A stretch of DNA of 64,000 bases from sequence record LT960552.1. One strand, 5' to 3'. A model generated the notes under the pieces. It saw nothing but the letters and a program-made list of their open reading frames with translations, was not told the origin of the DNA and did no database searches. The translations under genes and the position numbers were made by a program. Positions 31,201 through 39,806 of the stretch are shown here, in pieces. Each line of letters begins with the position of its first letter. Within the stretch, counting starts at the first letter, position 1.

Positions 31201-34200
31201 CAAATGCAGTTCCAAATTTTGCATTTTTTGTGCTTGGAGATACTGAAATAAAATCACCTACTGCTGGATTTGTAGAACTCCAAGATATAAAATCTTTTCC
31301 AATTACTGTCCAATCTTGTGTTACACCATCATCATTAACATCTTCAAAAATCCATCCATTATCTTCAAGGTATTGACCATATCCACATAAGAATGTATAT
31401 ACTTCTTGGAAAGTTTTTAATAATGTTCCATATTCATACGATTCATATTCATTTAAGTAATCACTATAATGAATTACTGAACGCTTACCAACTGTAACTG
31501 ATGTTCTTCTACCAGTTTTATTAGGTAATTTATAAGTTAATGTTGCACCTACTAAATCATAACCACTAATAGAATAACCAGAACCAGTCCATTGAATTTT
31601 TATTGCACTCATAGTTTCATCACGGAATGATGAACTCTTAACTAAACCAATATGTTGGTTCTCTTGTGAAATTAATCCAAATGAATCAGAACTAAATGTT
31701 AGCTGATCTTCTTTAGTATATCCACCAATTCTATGTCCTACATTTACATACGATGAACGTAAAATATCACCATAGTTAGTTGTAACATTTTTATTTTGGT
31801 ATATTAAATAATCACTTACCCATGTTTGATATCCTAGTATACGTTGATTATTTTCAGAGTTAACTAAAGTAGTACTGTTAAAGTTTAAACGTAGATTAGA
31901 ATCTCCATATAAGAATTGTTTTCCATCATTGGTAATAGTTTGTATAGTACTTCCTTTTGTATCATAGAAGTAGTTTGCAAATTGTCCAGGTTTAGCACGT
32001 AACAATGCCATTGCATTATCATATGCGTACATTACTGTATTCATATATGTGAATTCCATGTCACCCATGTCACCATATGACCAAGGTTCACTTATATGAT
32101 TTAATGCTCCACTAACTAATCCTAAGACTTCTGGAGCAATAATAGTTAGTTCACTTATTTCTTCACCATCAGTTGCAAAGTTTCCAGTACCAGTTATTTT
32201 AAATGGTTGTGTACCAAAACGTTTATATCTATCATACTGACCAGCACGATTACCATGTAAAATAGTACCAGTACTAGCATCACCTTGTAATCCGGTAGTA
32301 TCCCATAATCCACTAGGAACTAAATCACCATGTTCATCTGTTACATATGCTTCATATACATAAACATATTCAGATGTACCTTGGCCTAATCTAACTTTAG
32401 TAGGTTCATATTCCTGATTGAACCAATCTGGACGTTGTGAGAACCCAAACATTTCCCAAGGATGGGTATGTGGGCGATATGTACCGAACATGTCAGTATA
32501 AATTGCTCTCCATGAGCCACGAGCTGGTATATTAGTAGGTTGACCATCAACAACATAAGTTGAACCTGTATAGTTCCATGTCATCCAATTAGATTGATCA
32601 TAATCATGAGTACTGTTATCAATTCCATTGGTTGCAATGAAGTTTACATAACCACGCAATTCTAATTTTATATATTCATCTAAACTATATTCAGTATTAT
32701 TGAAATATGGAGTTGGTGAAAGTAAATCTTTATCCATTGGTGGTTGGTAATCGATAGATTTAAATGTATTGTCTATACTATTAAAAATTCTGTTCTCTAA
32801 TTCATAGATAACATCATCCATTAGGTCAACACCGTTTATTACTCTATATGCTTTACTAATAATTCCCATATGGTCGATATTATAACAACTCATTTCTCTA
32901 CCTGCTTGAAGATAGGTAGATTTTTCTGGACGATATGCTTTTAACAATCCTAAAAATTGTGGAGTTGGTGGAATAAAGGTTTTAGTAACAGTTGAATTAG
33001 AACCTACATTATCTAATGCAAATGGGAAAGAATTATCTTTACCTAAATTAATTATTCCAAAAATAGTATCAACAATATTTGATGCACTGTCAGTAATGAA
33101 TGCTTCTGGATTTTTATTATATAAATTCATCATTTGTGTGTTGAATTTATTTTTAAATCTAAAATATTCATATTGAGTAAAGATAATTGCTTCAAATAAA
33201 TCTAGATTTTCATTAGCACTGTGTAACATCAATGGTAATAAAGATGTTTCATTTTGAATAATTTTAGTACCAACTGAATTATCAACCAATCCCAATGATA
33301 AACGTTCTTCATAGTTGTTTAAATCATTTACAGAACCTTCAGTTATGTTTTTACCAATTATATCCAAGAAGTGTGGAGTATAATAACCTTGATGAATAAA
33401 ATCAATAAACTCATTATGTGGGTTATTTTGTAAATTAATTGGTATTTGATACGTTCCTAATTTTGGATCAGGAATTTTAGTTGGGCTATATGTAACAATT
33501 TCAATAATACTATCTTCATTGATACTTACATCCGAATTAAACACAACATTTTGTACATTTCCATCAGAATTCAGTACTGTAGTGTACTTAAATGTTTTTT
33601 CACCATCAAAAAATACTTCTAAACTTTCAGACGTGTCTAATGGATTGATCTTTTGTGCCAATTCATATGTATGTTGGAATCTATCTGATTGTACAGCATC
33701 ATTTGTTGTTAAATTCCATTTCATGAATGTTGAATTTGTTGGTTTATAGTACTGATAGGTATTATCAGTAGATACAACATATGCATACATCCCTTCTATT
33801 GGATTTTTAAATGTATTCATTTCGTTAATAGTATTGAATACACGATACATTGACATTTTATCAACTTCTGGTACTTGTCTAACATATTGTTTAGATTGTT
33901 CTTCACTTCTTACCCAATCGGATTTAAGATTTTGTACTAAATCACCATCGGTATTTTTACTTATAACATTATAGAAATATAAACCTTGAATTTCTGTGAT
34001 TGCACCTGCTTTGGAATAAGAATATCTAATAGTTTGTAAGAAGTTTTCAAAAATATAATAATTATAATCACTTAATTCTACATGTTTATTGTAAATCTTA
34101 TCTTCACCGTAGTTAAAATTGATTTTTAGACCAAATAAACTTGAACCGTTGAAAGTACTGCTAGGATATACGGTAGTGTTGTTAAGTTTGAAGCCATGTT

Positions 34201-35269
34201 TATCATATAATTGAAATAATGGGAACGTGTTTGTTCCAGGTTTAGCTTGAGCAGCTACCCAATTTCTACCATTCCAATAAACTGATGTATTTCCATACAT
34301 GTTACCACTTTTTATTAATATAACATCGCCATTTAATGGTTCACCTGTTGGACGTTCAGTTGTTTCTTCATCTTCGTCTAGTACTAAACCATAAACTCTA
34401 GATCCATCAGACATTTGCTTGATGAAAACTTTATATATACGGTTATTTTCCCCAGGGTTACCAATACTGGTGAATAAAATTCTGTCCCCAGCTTGTAATA
34501 TGTTACCATCAACACGAACATTATTACTAACATCTTTTTGTACTATATCTTCTGGCTTAACGGAATCAGAAAGATAGTCTACAACCCCACGGAATTGAGT
34601 TCCGTAGTTCATTAATTCGATATTTGTATTAAATTCGATAATTGGTGCTTGTGCACGACGAAAACGACCACTTGTTGCTAATTGTTCAGTAACAATAGTA
34701 CCATCTGGTAGTGATTGTCCAATTGTGTACCAGAAATTTTGCAATGACCAAGTATTACCATTTAAGGCACCTCTTTGCATTACTATATAATCTGGTTCAA
34801 TACCATATTCGTTTTCAGAATCCCATAGATAGGAGCTAAAATTTTGTAATTTGTTTGGATTTATCGGTGGAGTCCATGAGTAGAACTTACCACTTAATAA
34901 ACGTGCTTGGTTATCGGTTAATGCACCGTAATGCCCCAAATAACCAACTAAATCTGGATAGAATTGGATCGAACGAACACTTGTATCTGCATTTCTTGAA
35001 ACATATGCAGTACTAAATTGATAATCCTGACGTTCTAAATCTAATTCGTGTAGGAATATCTTTCCTGCTGCTGCTGGTGAACCACGATCACCAATATAAC
35101 CATCAATGATAGTTTCGTCTGAAGGATTAAACCATTGTTGGATAATATCATCACAGAACATTTGAATTTGTTCTAGACCTTGCATCCATTCAGGCAATCT
35201 CTTTATGAACAACTTCTGATTAACAGCTTCGGTTACTTTTGTAAGCTGAAATTTAAATTCGTTCGCCAT
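25250..35269 (-). CDS. Very large virion protein, putative baseplate wedge subunit
   Basis: About 3340 aa, uninterrupted, in the baseplate operon downstream of gp6-like; late promoter and GGAG RBS before ATG 35269. The specific family cannot be determined by eye. Confidence 0.65.
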   Translation of the reverse strand: MANEFKFQLTKVTEAVNQKLFIKRLPEWMQGLEQIQMFCDDIIQQWFNPSDETIIDGYIGDRGSPAAAGKIFLHELDLERQDYQFSTAYVSRNADTSVRSIQFYPDLVGYLGHYGALTDNQARLLSGKFYSWTPPINPNKLQNFSSYLWDSENEYGIEPDYIVMQRGALNGNTWSLQNFWYTIGQSLPDGTIVTEQLATSGRFRRAQAPIIEFNTNIELMNYGTQFRGVVDYLSDSVKPEDIVQKDVSNNVRVDGNILQAGDRILFTSIGNPGENNRIYKVFIKQMSDGSRVYGLVLDEDEETTERPTGEPLNGDVILIKSGNMYGNTSVYWNGRNWVAAQAKPGTNTFPLFQLYDKHGFKLNNTTVYPSSTFNGSSLFGLKINFNYGEDKIYNKHVELSDYNYYIFENFLQTIRYSYSKAGAITEIQGLYFYNVISKNTDGDLVQNLKSDWVRSEEQSKQYVRQVPEVDKMSMYRVFNTINEMNTFKNPIEGMYAYVVSTDNTYQYYKPTNSTFMKWNLTTNDAVQSDRFQHTYELAQKINPLDTSESLEVFFDGEKTFKYTTVLNSDGNVQNVVFNSDVSINEDSIIEIVTYSPTKIPDPKLGTYQIPINLQNNPHNEFIDFIHQGYYTPHFLDIIGKNITEGSVNDLNNYEERLSLGLVDNSVGTKIIQNETSLLPLMLHSANENLDLFEAIIFTQYEYFRFKNKFNTQMMNLYNKNPEAFITDSASNIVDTIFGIINLGKDNSFPFALDNVGSNSTVTKTFIPPTPQFLGLLKAYRPEKSTYLQAGREMSCYNIDHMGIISKAYRVINGVDLMDDVIYELENRIFNSIDNTFKSIDYQPPMDKDLLSPTPYFNNTEYSLDEYIKLELRGYVNFIATNGIDNSTHDYDQSNWMTWNYTGSTYVVDGQPTNIPARGSWRAIYTDMFGTYRPHTHPWEMFGFSQRPDWFNQEYEPTKVRLGQGTSEYVYVYEAYVTDEHGDLVPSGLWDTTGLQGDASTGTILHGNRAGQYDRYKRFGTQPFKITGTGNFATDGEEISELTIIAPEVLGLVSGALNHISEPWSYGDMGDMEFTYMNTVMYAYDNAMALLRAKPGQFANYFYDTKGSTIQTITNDGKQFLYGDSNLRLNFNSTTLVNSENNQRILGYQTWVSDYLIYQNKNVTTNYGDILRSSYVNVGHRIGGYTKEDQLTFSSDSFGLISQENQHIGLVKSSSFRDETMSAIKIQWTGSGYSISGYDLVGATLTYKLPNKTGRRTSVTVGKRSVIHYSDYLNEYESYEYGTLLKTFQEVYTFLCGYGQYLEDNGWIFEDVNDDGVTQDWTVIGKDFISWSSTNPAVGDFISVSPSTKNAKFGTAFGSVLSITQFNGGVWSLLDDTNTGIRPFEIDTSRIGNVFSVRIDDSSDKRMALLRVSVVAYEHAVIFDNRTIFGNDLYVPKYGSVHEMLKMYGYVTGSWNGRLEAKGFIILESGTLPNFEKLVDDFKHYYDNDNPVDNVTLRNLSRHVIGFQTRDYISQMITSDTSQVDFYKGYIRDKGTNQVFERVLRVSKSYNTDNYKALQEWAFKIGEYGNIYGKKHLQFQLINNEFAQEPQLFTFDQNATSDTDNNNIIYYGTQGVDSRWITRPLGQFAFPMRSGKSENINLPDIGPVTLNEVSYSTRDFTTAYVDRLNYINDTGNTPTSVWVLRDMDNNWNIFELDNTGITLESIIPIGDGENYPGNHCTLQLSAAHGMEDGDYFFFVDKSEYMPDLLKAETQYFTTGSDPTSFVIPLDVTNNISFTDGKPVLYRYINRFSSSADKDAYISKKYSFDAPESTLFVRPTTYNRTSNVTELYMNTFDPINGVIPGSIMADITYVSTVDPAKYNSEDEKTQAWGSEKVGLVWWNTTNAFFMDYTRPLYDGNGNVDITATNEYKRYNWGKLLPNSEINILEWVASPVLPYEWEKYCVRQSKLNKDSTAWVPSGEAVDDFYSEFQEYDDSTDSYKTVYYFWVKNTIYVPKVKNRNRPCNELSRTIQNPSLLNAPWFAPISQNSFIISGLQQDITDDKSILSITYQNNATEVVKHEQFQLCREGMDYNFNPIIWDSMWNSLMSQETLPNGTVQELHYPTNDTGILPNETWFKDVIEARRTFVDSANAIYKTVNMTTNTVVMNDVFNVKTEEQNPNLISFKVLNYNNELVINPSVDVFVENDAVLVSTNGTLPSPLNSTTVYFVHFDENNYIHLMNSPSTGGTAVYITLENRGEGQHKMIKQSDYIESLGTSLDMTQYWTLADWYDVGYSENTSYTDEVSIESANQKNYQEGDVIRITDADGTWTLYTKTLSRNVVIWQAVARQNSTVALNNQLYYGYEQYKSDGTLTNVEINVRKALALFKNSFYSYQSRLVFDMVHYVHTEQTVVDWVFKTSYIYVIGLEQSLQQNYVNDNLINQIVDYFEEVKPYRTKIRSQIEQKTSNTDEMNGLLNDLDPNGYVFVNGTWIKTQDDIWDVEYAQFNPITNKWEVHGSLPADFVYPNRRFQESYETLVYDNFQCTPDDNLGNRLVLEGVNNSFMTNANDILPAGSHYKLQRYSYTYPQIDYVSINRSVLSGMSAFYPDMDDNGEVQTEIDKQLKLLGTDIDATNLFESILEQISKQTYESNSSVGIATQYNQYNTLANRRRLYTSLSNSSISQEMKCPFKGRVLNDNTNTRLPFGYSGSNWETYGYIMYSYALYEKYVDIVKNNNPTFTDSQINDYLMYEYGLYPWKYDLEEMDEDGNHIGKVYLDTLYVLTSMRNLYNPDNLDQYEISKQILALPTVDMYCMVMIPRKMAYVLNVDTREFLTVPSDVSLKDFMELAFISGDVVSLAEPNLNDLPLDINSPLYSNIQNVITGMNNLQYYDDMNAFDSLGLESQTQDMVYFASGVVNLTQDPIFVDVTDINPLGLDAAQMRFTVNGYSYDTSGNTQLRSQGNFQIEGLVLQNPYNRKEAIVSIPRYTQAIEYMSRNLISKNEINYSYQVKDVINTTGTIRLVQKNDFKVGEKVMVFTPETEDYDILMLDNTWNTILPVNNIKNGTRPRIFTVSAVNGDTIRIGGLNFNSTYDSQSDILMDSGKATSINIVRITSFTDNEFVSNGVNLYSTERSYRISILDYDLFYDRMLISNQYTDNYTDDDYDNWYVSNEIVDINGTEVDHGFYSPIYGKGVLSELVNTKMDDSLQIFVYEYNVSEINPVKSGNTWSYSSALIDNVYIDSNNASLVVAYIDTIEKREFVVKPLAISQATILDGVMNITPSNNDYIIAVSSELVELRNNNHMARGIHGTVENNFVLGTTYTEQAVVLGLEDNMEVYRNNYPQIPLDTFSTGLVVSGSQIGQLL

Positions 35270-35307
35270 TATAATCTCCAATAAAAAATTCTTTTTCTCA
35301 TTTGTTT

Positions 35308-35315
35308 TATTTATG
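35308..35315 (-). promoter_or_regulatory. T4-type late promoter (CATAAATA)
   Basis: NATAAATA box upstream of the giant gene. Confidence 0.55.
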
Positions 35316-35323
35316 GAAGAACA

Positions 35324-35345
35324 AAGGGCATCCTAAGATGCCCTT
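35324..35345. terminator. Intrinsic terminator
   Basis: AAGGGCATC-CTAA-GATGCCCTT. Confidence 0.7.
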
Positions 35346-35348
35346 ATT

Positions 35349-38300
35349 TTATTTTCCAATATTAATGTTGCTTTTTGCTAAAGAGTTAACTATAATAACG
35401 TTATCAACTGAAGCAGTGTTAATAAAGAGTTGATCTGACTCACATGGAATTTCAAACAGCTCTCCAAACTTAGAACTTGGATTTTGTGGAACAATCACCA
35501 CAGATGCAATCTCTGTACTTAAATTTATATGAATATAAGTTGCTAATTCAGTAAAATAGAAGCTTTCACCAAAATCCCAATTATCAACACCAAAGAAATC
35601 ATTAGTAATTGATATAACACGTTGTCTAATTTCATCATCACTCAATGTACTGTTAGGTAATTTAATAACTTTAAAATCAGCACGGTAATCTGCATCAGCA
35701 GTATCCCCAAATAATTTAAGATAATTCGCACTATGCCATATAGTACTATCACTTATGACAATTTTATTATCTACATCAACAAACATCTCTTTTAATTCAG
35801 TACTTGTTGGTGGTTTAGGGAAATCTGTACCATTTGCTTGTTTTAACCATATATCAACTTCAGTTTTATATGAATTAGTTAATACATACATATCAATTAA
35901 GTTAGTTTTACTTGGATCTATTCTATTATCATCTGGTGCATAATGTTTCCAATGATAATTCAATGCAACACGTGCATCTTTTCGTATAAAGAATGAAGTA
36001 CTAACATCTTCATATCCATAAAAATCTAATTTAACAGTTTCATCTGCATTTTCATCACTCATATTAACTATTGCTCTAGTAAATGCTTCTTCAACAGTTA
36101 TTGGTCTTTCATCAGATGGTAAAGTCATATTTGATAAGAAGTTATTCAATCTATCATTATTATTTCCAACAGTTTGTTTAATAAAATAGGTTGAACCATT
36201 ATATTCATATCCAATTACAAATCCAGAACCTTTAGAATATAAATCAGTCATTGAAGTACTTCTAATATTAACATTACGCAATAAAGCTGCTTTTCTATAT
36301 GCAACAACTTCAGTATTTGCTTGTGCAGCAGTATAAATCCACGAAGTATCTAATAATGTAAACGTATTATTTGATGGTTCTATAACATCAATGGTAAAAT
36401 CAGAATTTTCTTGGAAGAAGATCCACTGTTCGTATTTTATTTTGTCTTCACCAGTCCATTGTGGTACAATTTTTCTAAATTGATTTGGACTTAATGGAAT
36501 ACCATTGGTGTCCCGTTCTGAACTAGTAATTATAACACGAGAACCATCAATATATCCATTTTCCTGATTAACAGTTTTAATTATTTGGAATGATTCATCA
36601 TTAGTATAACCAGAATTATTAATAAAATTAGTATTGTAAGATAATACAACGATTTTATCAGATTGAACTGTTCCAGTACTAATATCACTTATATTTTCAG
36701 TACTAACAAAATAAAAACGAACTTTTTCACCACCAACAAAAATATAATCCACTCCATTTGAAACAAAATCCCAAGATTCAGAAGTATAAGAAGAATTTAT
36801 TAATATTGGATATGATACGTTATTATAAACAATAGTATTAGTAGTATAAGTTCCTTCTATTGGAATCCATGTCAAAGTATTAGGATCATAAATCAAAACG
36901 AAATCAGTTTTCTTATCTAAAGTACTTGCTATAGTTTGTACTTCAACATTAGAAAATTTTACACGGAATGGTTTAATAAACTCAGTACATAATTGATTAC
37001 TACCAATTGGTAATGATAATACTAGAAAATCACCAATAACATCTATAACTGATGTCCATACATCAACACCAGCAGATGTTGAAAAATTCAACAAAGTACC
37101 AATATCATATATTACAGGAATACCAGAAGATATCAATCTACCATATGTATTAGATGTATAACTAGAATTAAATTCAGGTGTCCATTCTTGATTAGTAATT
37201 ACAGAAACTGTATTTGATGGAAATTCTTGATATAATTGAATTACAGAATTATCACCAATCAATGGTTGAATACTATCAATAACAATTGAGGTATTAGATT
37301 TCGAAGAAGGTAATAGTACTGAATTTAATGATCTAATTTCTTCTCTATAAACACCACCATCATCAGTAAAGATATCAGTATTTTGATATTTTCCAGTTGG
37401 GTCGTTAATATCTATAAATCTTGATTGACCTGAATATATTCTATTAATTGCTTTAGCTTTAAGTACTGTGTTTCCCAACATTAAAGGTGCAATATTATAA
37501 TCTTCCCCATTCACAAAACGGTTTTGAGTATAATATAATTGTGGTGCACGGTCTTTAATTTGTTCTAATGTTTCTCTTGATTGAGCACGTGAAGATTGGA
37601 ATTGTAAGCTAAATTTAATATCCAAAGTACTACTTTCAAATTCAGATTGTGAATCTGTTCTATATACATATTTTATAGATTTATTTTGAATATCAGTAGT
37701 TTTTATTGTGTAAGTTTCTCCATTACTAACTCTATACCATATTCTATATGACCCACGTGGCACTTGTCCACTTCGAGCATCAGGAAATTTAAGTGTTATT
37801 TGGTCATTATCACGAGTTGTTACTGAATAAATATTTTTCAATCGACGGTCAACTGAGTTATATGCAATTGATTCCATTGCTGGAACTCTAGTCCATTTTG
37901 TTCTAACTAAACCGTCCTCTGTAATTTCCTGTACCCATACGTCAATTTCATTAATATTGTTTGTATCAATATTTTGTACACGGTTTTCTATTCTCTGGTC
38001 ATATTGGAAATCACTGAATGTTAAATTTCCTTGTTTGAAATATACAAAAAAACCAGTATTTGGTGATTCAAATCCATTACCATCATTACTATATATAATA
38101 TGTTTTTGTTCTTGTGGCTGTGGATGTCTTTCTTCAGCTACACCAGTACTTGATAAATCAGGATTAACAACTTCAAATGTTACTGATTCACCATTAATAT
38201 TTGCAGTGAATGGAATATTTGGAGAACTCATTGGTATTGTATTCATTCTATATAAATGATTAGTTATACCATTTACTGTTACTTTTTTGACTGGATATCC

Positions 38301-38810
38301 AAATTGGTTAGTATTAATTAATATACTATTCATTACTAATATAAAATTTTCATACCAGTTATTATCACTTTGGTCATTCCAACGTATAGTTTGGTTTTTT
38401 AGTGAAGTACCAAAACTATTTTTAATTTCTTGGTTAGTTTTAACTTCAGTTACTTTAGCAAGTGCACGGCCTGGATATGCACGTTTTGGTGCATATGAAA
38501 TCATTTTTGCTAATTTCAGTACTGAAGCTCTACGTTCTGCTGTATCTAAAAAGTTTTCTCTACTATTGAGATCCATTCTAAATGCTAAATTCTGACCTAT
38601 TAATGCAATTGTATCTAAAATAAAAATGAATTCATCATTTTCAATCCAGTCATTAAATGAATCAGGATAGGTTAATCTTAAGTAGTTAACCATACTTTCA
38701 CGTATTGTATCAAAATCGTATGCAGTAAGATTGATTTGAGCGAAAGACTCATAAACTTGTTTCCAATCTTCAGCAGCATACAAATTTGATTGTCTTTTTT
38801 GTTGTGCCAT
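35349..38810 (-). CDS. Baseplate wedge subunit (T4 gp6-like)
   Basis: YDFDTIRESMVNYL, ENFLDTAERRASVLKLAKMISYAP, QNRFVNGEDY motifs of gp6/baseplate J. Start MAQQK at 38810 with GAGG RBS. Confidence 0.85.
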   Translation of the reverse strand: MAQQKRQSNLYAAEDWKQVYESFAQINLTAYDFDTIRESMVNYLRLTYPDSFNDWIENDEFIFILDTIALIGQNLAFRMDLNSRENFLDTAERRASVLKLAKMISYAPKRAYPGRALAKVTEVKTNQEIKNSFGTSLKNQTIRWNDQSDNNWYENFILVMNSILINTNQFGYPVKKVTVNGITNHLYRMNTIPMSSPNIPFTANINGESVTFEVVNPDLSSTGVAEERHPQPQEQKHIIYSNDGNGFESPNTGFFVYFKQGNLTFSDFQYDQRIENRVQNIDTNNINEIDVWVQEITEDGLVRTKWTRVPAMESIAYNSVDRRLKNIYSVTTRDNDQITLKFPDARSGQVPRGSYRIWYRVSNGETYTIKTTDIQNKSIKYVYRTDSQSEFESSTLDIKFSLQFQSSRAQSRETLEQIKDRAPQLYYTQNRFVNGEDYNIAPLMLGNTVLKAKAINRIYSGQSRFIDINDPTGKYQNTDIFTDDGGVYREEIRSLNSVLLPSSKSNTSIVIDSIQPLIGDNSVIQLYQEFPSNTVSVITNQEWTPEFNSSYTSNTYGRLISSGIPVIYDIGTLLNFSTSAGVDVWTSVIDVIGDFLVLSLPIGSNQLCTEFIKPFRVKFSNVEVQTIASTLDKKTDFVLIYDPNTLTWIPIEGTYTTNTIVYNNVSYPILINSSYTSESWDFVSNGVDYIFVGGEKVRFYFVSTENISDISTGTVQSDKIVVLSYNTNFINNSGYTNDESFQIIKTVNQENGYIDGSRVIITSSERDTNGIPLSPNQFRKIVPQWTGEDKIKYEQWIFFQENSDFTIDVIEPSNNTFTLLDTSWIYTAAQANTEVVAYRKAALLRNVNIRSTSMTDLYSKGSGFVIGYEYNGSTYFIKQTVGNNNDRLNNFLSNMTLPSDERPITVEEAFTRAIVNMSDENADETVKLDFYGYEDVSTSFFIRKDARVALNYHWKHYAPDDNRIDPSKTNLIDMYVLTNSYKTEVDIWLKQANGTDFPKPPTSTELKEMFVDVDNKIVISDSTIWHSANYLKLFGDTADADYRADFKVIKLPNSTLSDDEIRQRVISITNDFFGVDNWDFGESFYFTELATYIHINLSTEIASVVIVPQNPSSKFGELFEIPCESDQLFINTASVDNVIIVNSLAKSNINIGK

Positions 38811-38842
38811 ATGTTTATACACCTCATATAATAATATAGTAA

Positions 38843-38850
38843 TATTTATA
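38843..38850 (-). promoter_or_regulatory. T4-type late promoter (perfect TATAAATA)
   Basis: Perfect T4 late consensus upstream of the gp6-like gene. Confidence 0.7.
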
Positions 38851-38851
38851 C

Positions 38852-38879
38852 AAAAAGAAAGGCACCCAATGGATGCCTT
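38852..38879 (-). terminator. Intrinsic terminator after the gp25-like gene
   Basis: Minus strand AAGGCATCC-ATTG-GGTGCCTT-TCTTTTT. Confidence 0.6.
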
Positions 38880-39267
38880 ATGCTGCATTAATAAATGCCA
38901 TTCGTTGTTGCGATCTGTTGTCAAATACTAGAGATAATGTTTCAACTGTTTCTAATTGAACATATCTTAATCTCATATCTAACTGATAACCATAAGCAAC
39001 ATTTTGTACTTGAATTGATATCAACAATAATCTTGGATCTTGTGATACTATATTTCTAGCATCAGCTTCTAATAACTGTGCATTACCAGGTCTATCTAGC
39101 TCGAATAATAAATCCCAACCAATAAAACCATAATCAACATCCATGACCCTTTCACCCTTTCTTGTATTAAAGTGATTAATAAGATCTTGTTTTACCAATT
39201 CAGCATCGTATAGTACTACAGTTTTGCCAACTATTGGAGATGCAAAACCTTTAAATGTCACAGCCAT
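38878..39267 (-). CDS. Baseplate wedge protein, sheath initiator (T4 gp25-like)
   Basis: LVKQDLINHFNTRKGERVMDVDYG...LLFE...DPRL pattern of the GPW/gp25 family. Confidence 0.9.
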   Translation of the reverse strand: MAVTFKGFASPIVGKTVVLYDAELVKQDLINHFNTRKGERVMDVDYGFIGWDLLFELDRPGNAQLLEADARNIVSQDPRLLLISIQVQNVAYGYQLDMRLRYVQLETVETLSLVFDNRSQQRMAFINAA

Positions 39268-39277
39268 ATTTTATTCC

Positions 39278-39766
39278 TTATAGCGATTCAACAATTTTTG
39301 CTAATTTCTCAGCACGTGATGTTGTTTGTTTATACCATGCAGAATTTCTCATTCCTGCTGCTGCACCTTTATAATCACCACGACCCATACATGAAAGAGT
39401 ATTTTTGAATTGTGATACTTTACCTTTACCCATTTGGAATACCATTTGAGTTAGTACTTTTTGTAATTCAATTCCACCAGTCATATTATATTGTTCGTAT
39501 AATGATTTTGCATCAGCAACTTTAGAAGCTAAATCCTTAGCTAATAGTTCATTTGCTTGGCTTTCGGTTAAACCTGTTTTAAAGTTTTCACCTTCAGTTA
39601 ATAAATGTCCATACCCAATTGTTGGATATCCTAAACTATCTTTATAAGTCCAAAACTTATTATCCTTATAATAACCCAATTTAGATTGATAAGATATAGT
39701 TCCTTCATATAATTTAATATCACTTAATAGATTAGGATCAGAACTTTTTAAAACCCAATTACTCAT
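39278..39766 (-). CDS. T4-type (GH24) lysozyme, stand-alone; putative endolysin
   Basis: YEG...YKDSLGYPTIGYGHL (E/D/T triad), MVFQMG, SAWYKQT..RA. Confidence 0.9.
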   Translation of the reverse strand: MSNWVLKSSDPNLLSDIKLYEGTISYQSKLGYYKDNKFWTYKDSLGYPTIGYGHLLTEGENFKTGLTESQANELLAKDLASKVADAKSLYEQYNMTGGIELQKVLTQMVFQMGKGKVSQFKNTLSCMGRGDYKGAAAGMRNSAWYKQTTSRAEKLAKIVESL

Positions 39767-39798
39767 AATAATTACCTCCTATTGATAATCAGTACAAG

Positions 39799-39806
39799 TA
39801 TTTATT
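39799..39806 (-). promoter_or_regulatory. T4-type late promoter (AATAAATA) for the stand-alone lysozyme
   Basis: NATAAATA box overlapping the stop codon of the spike gene. Confidence 0.5.
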
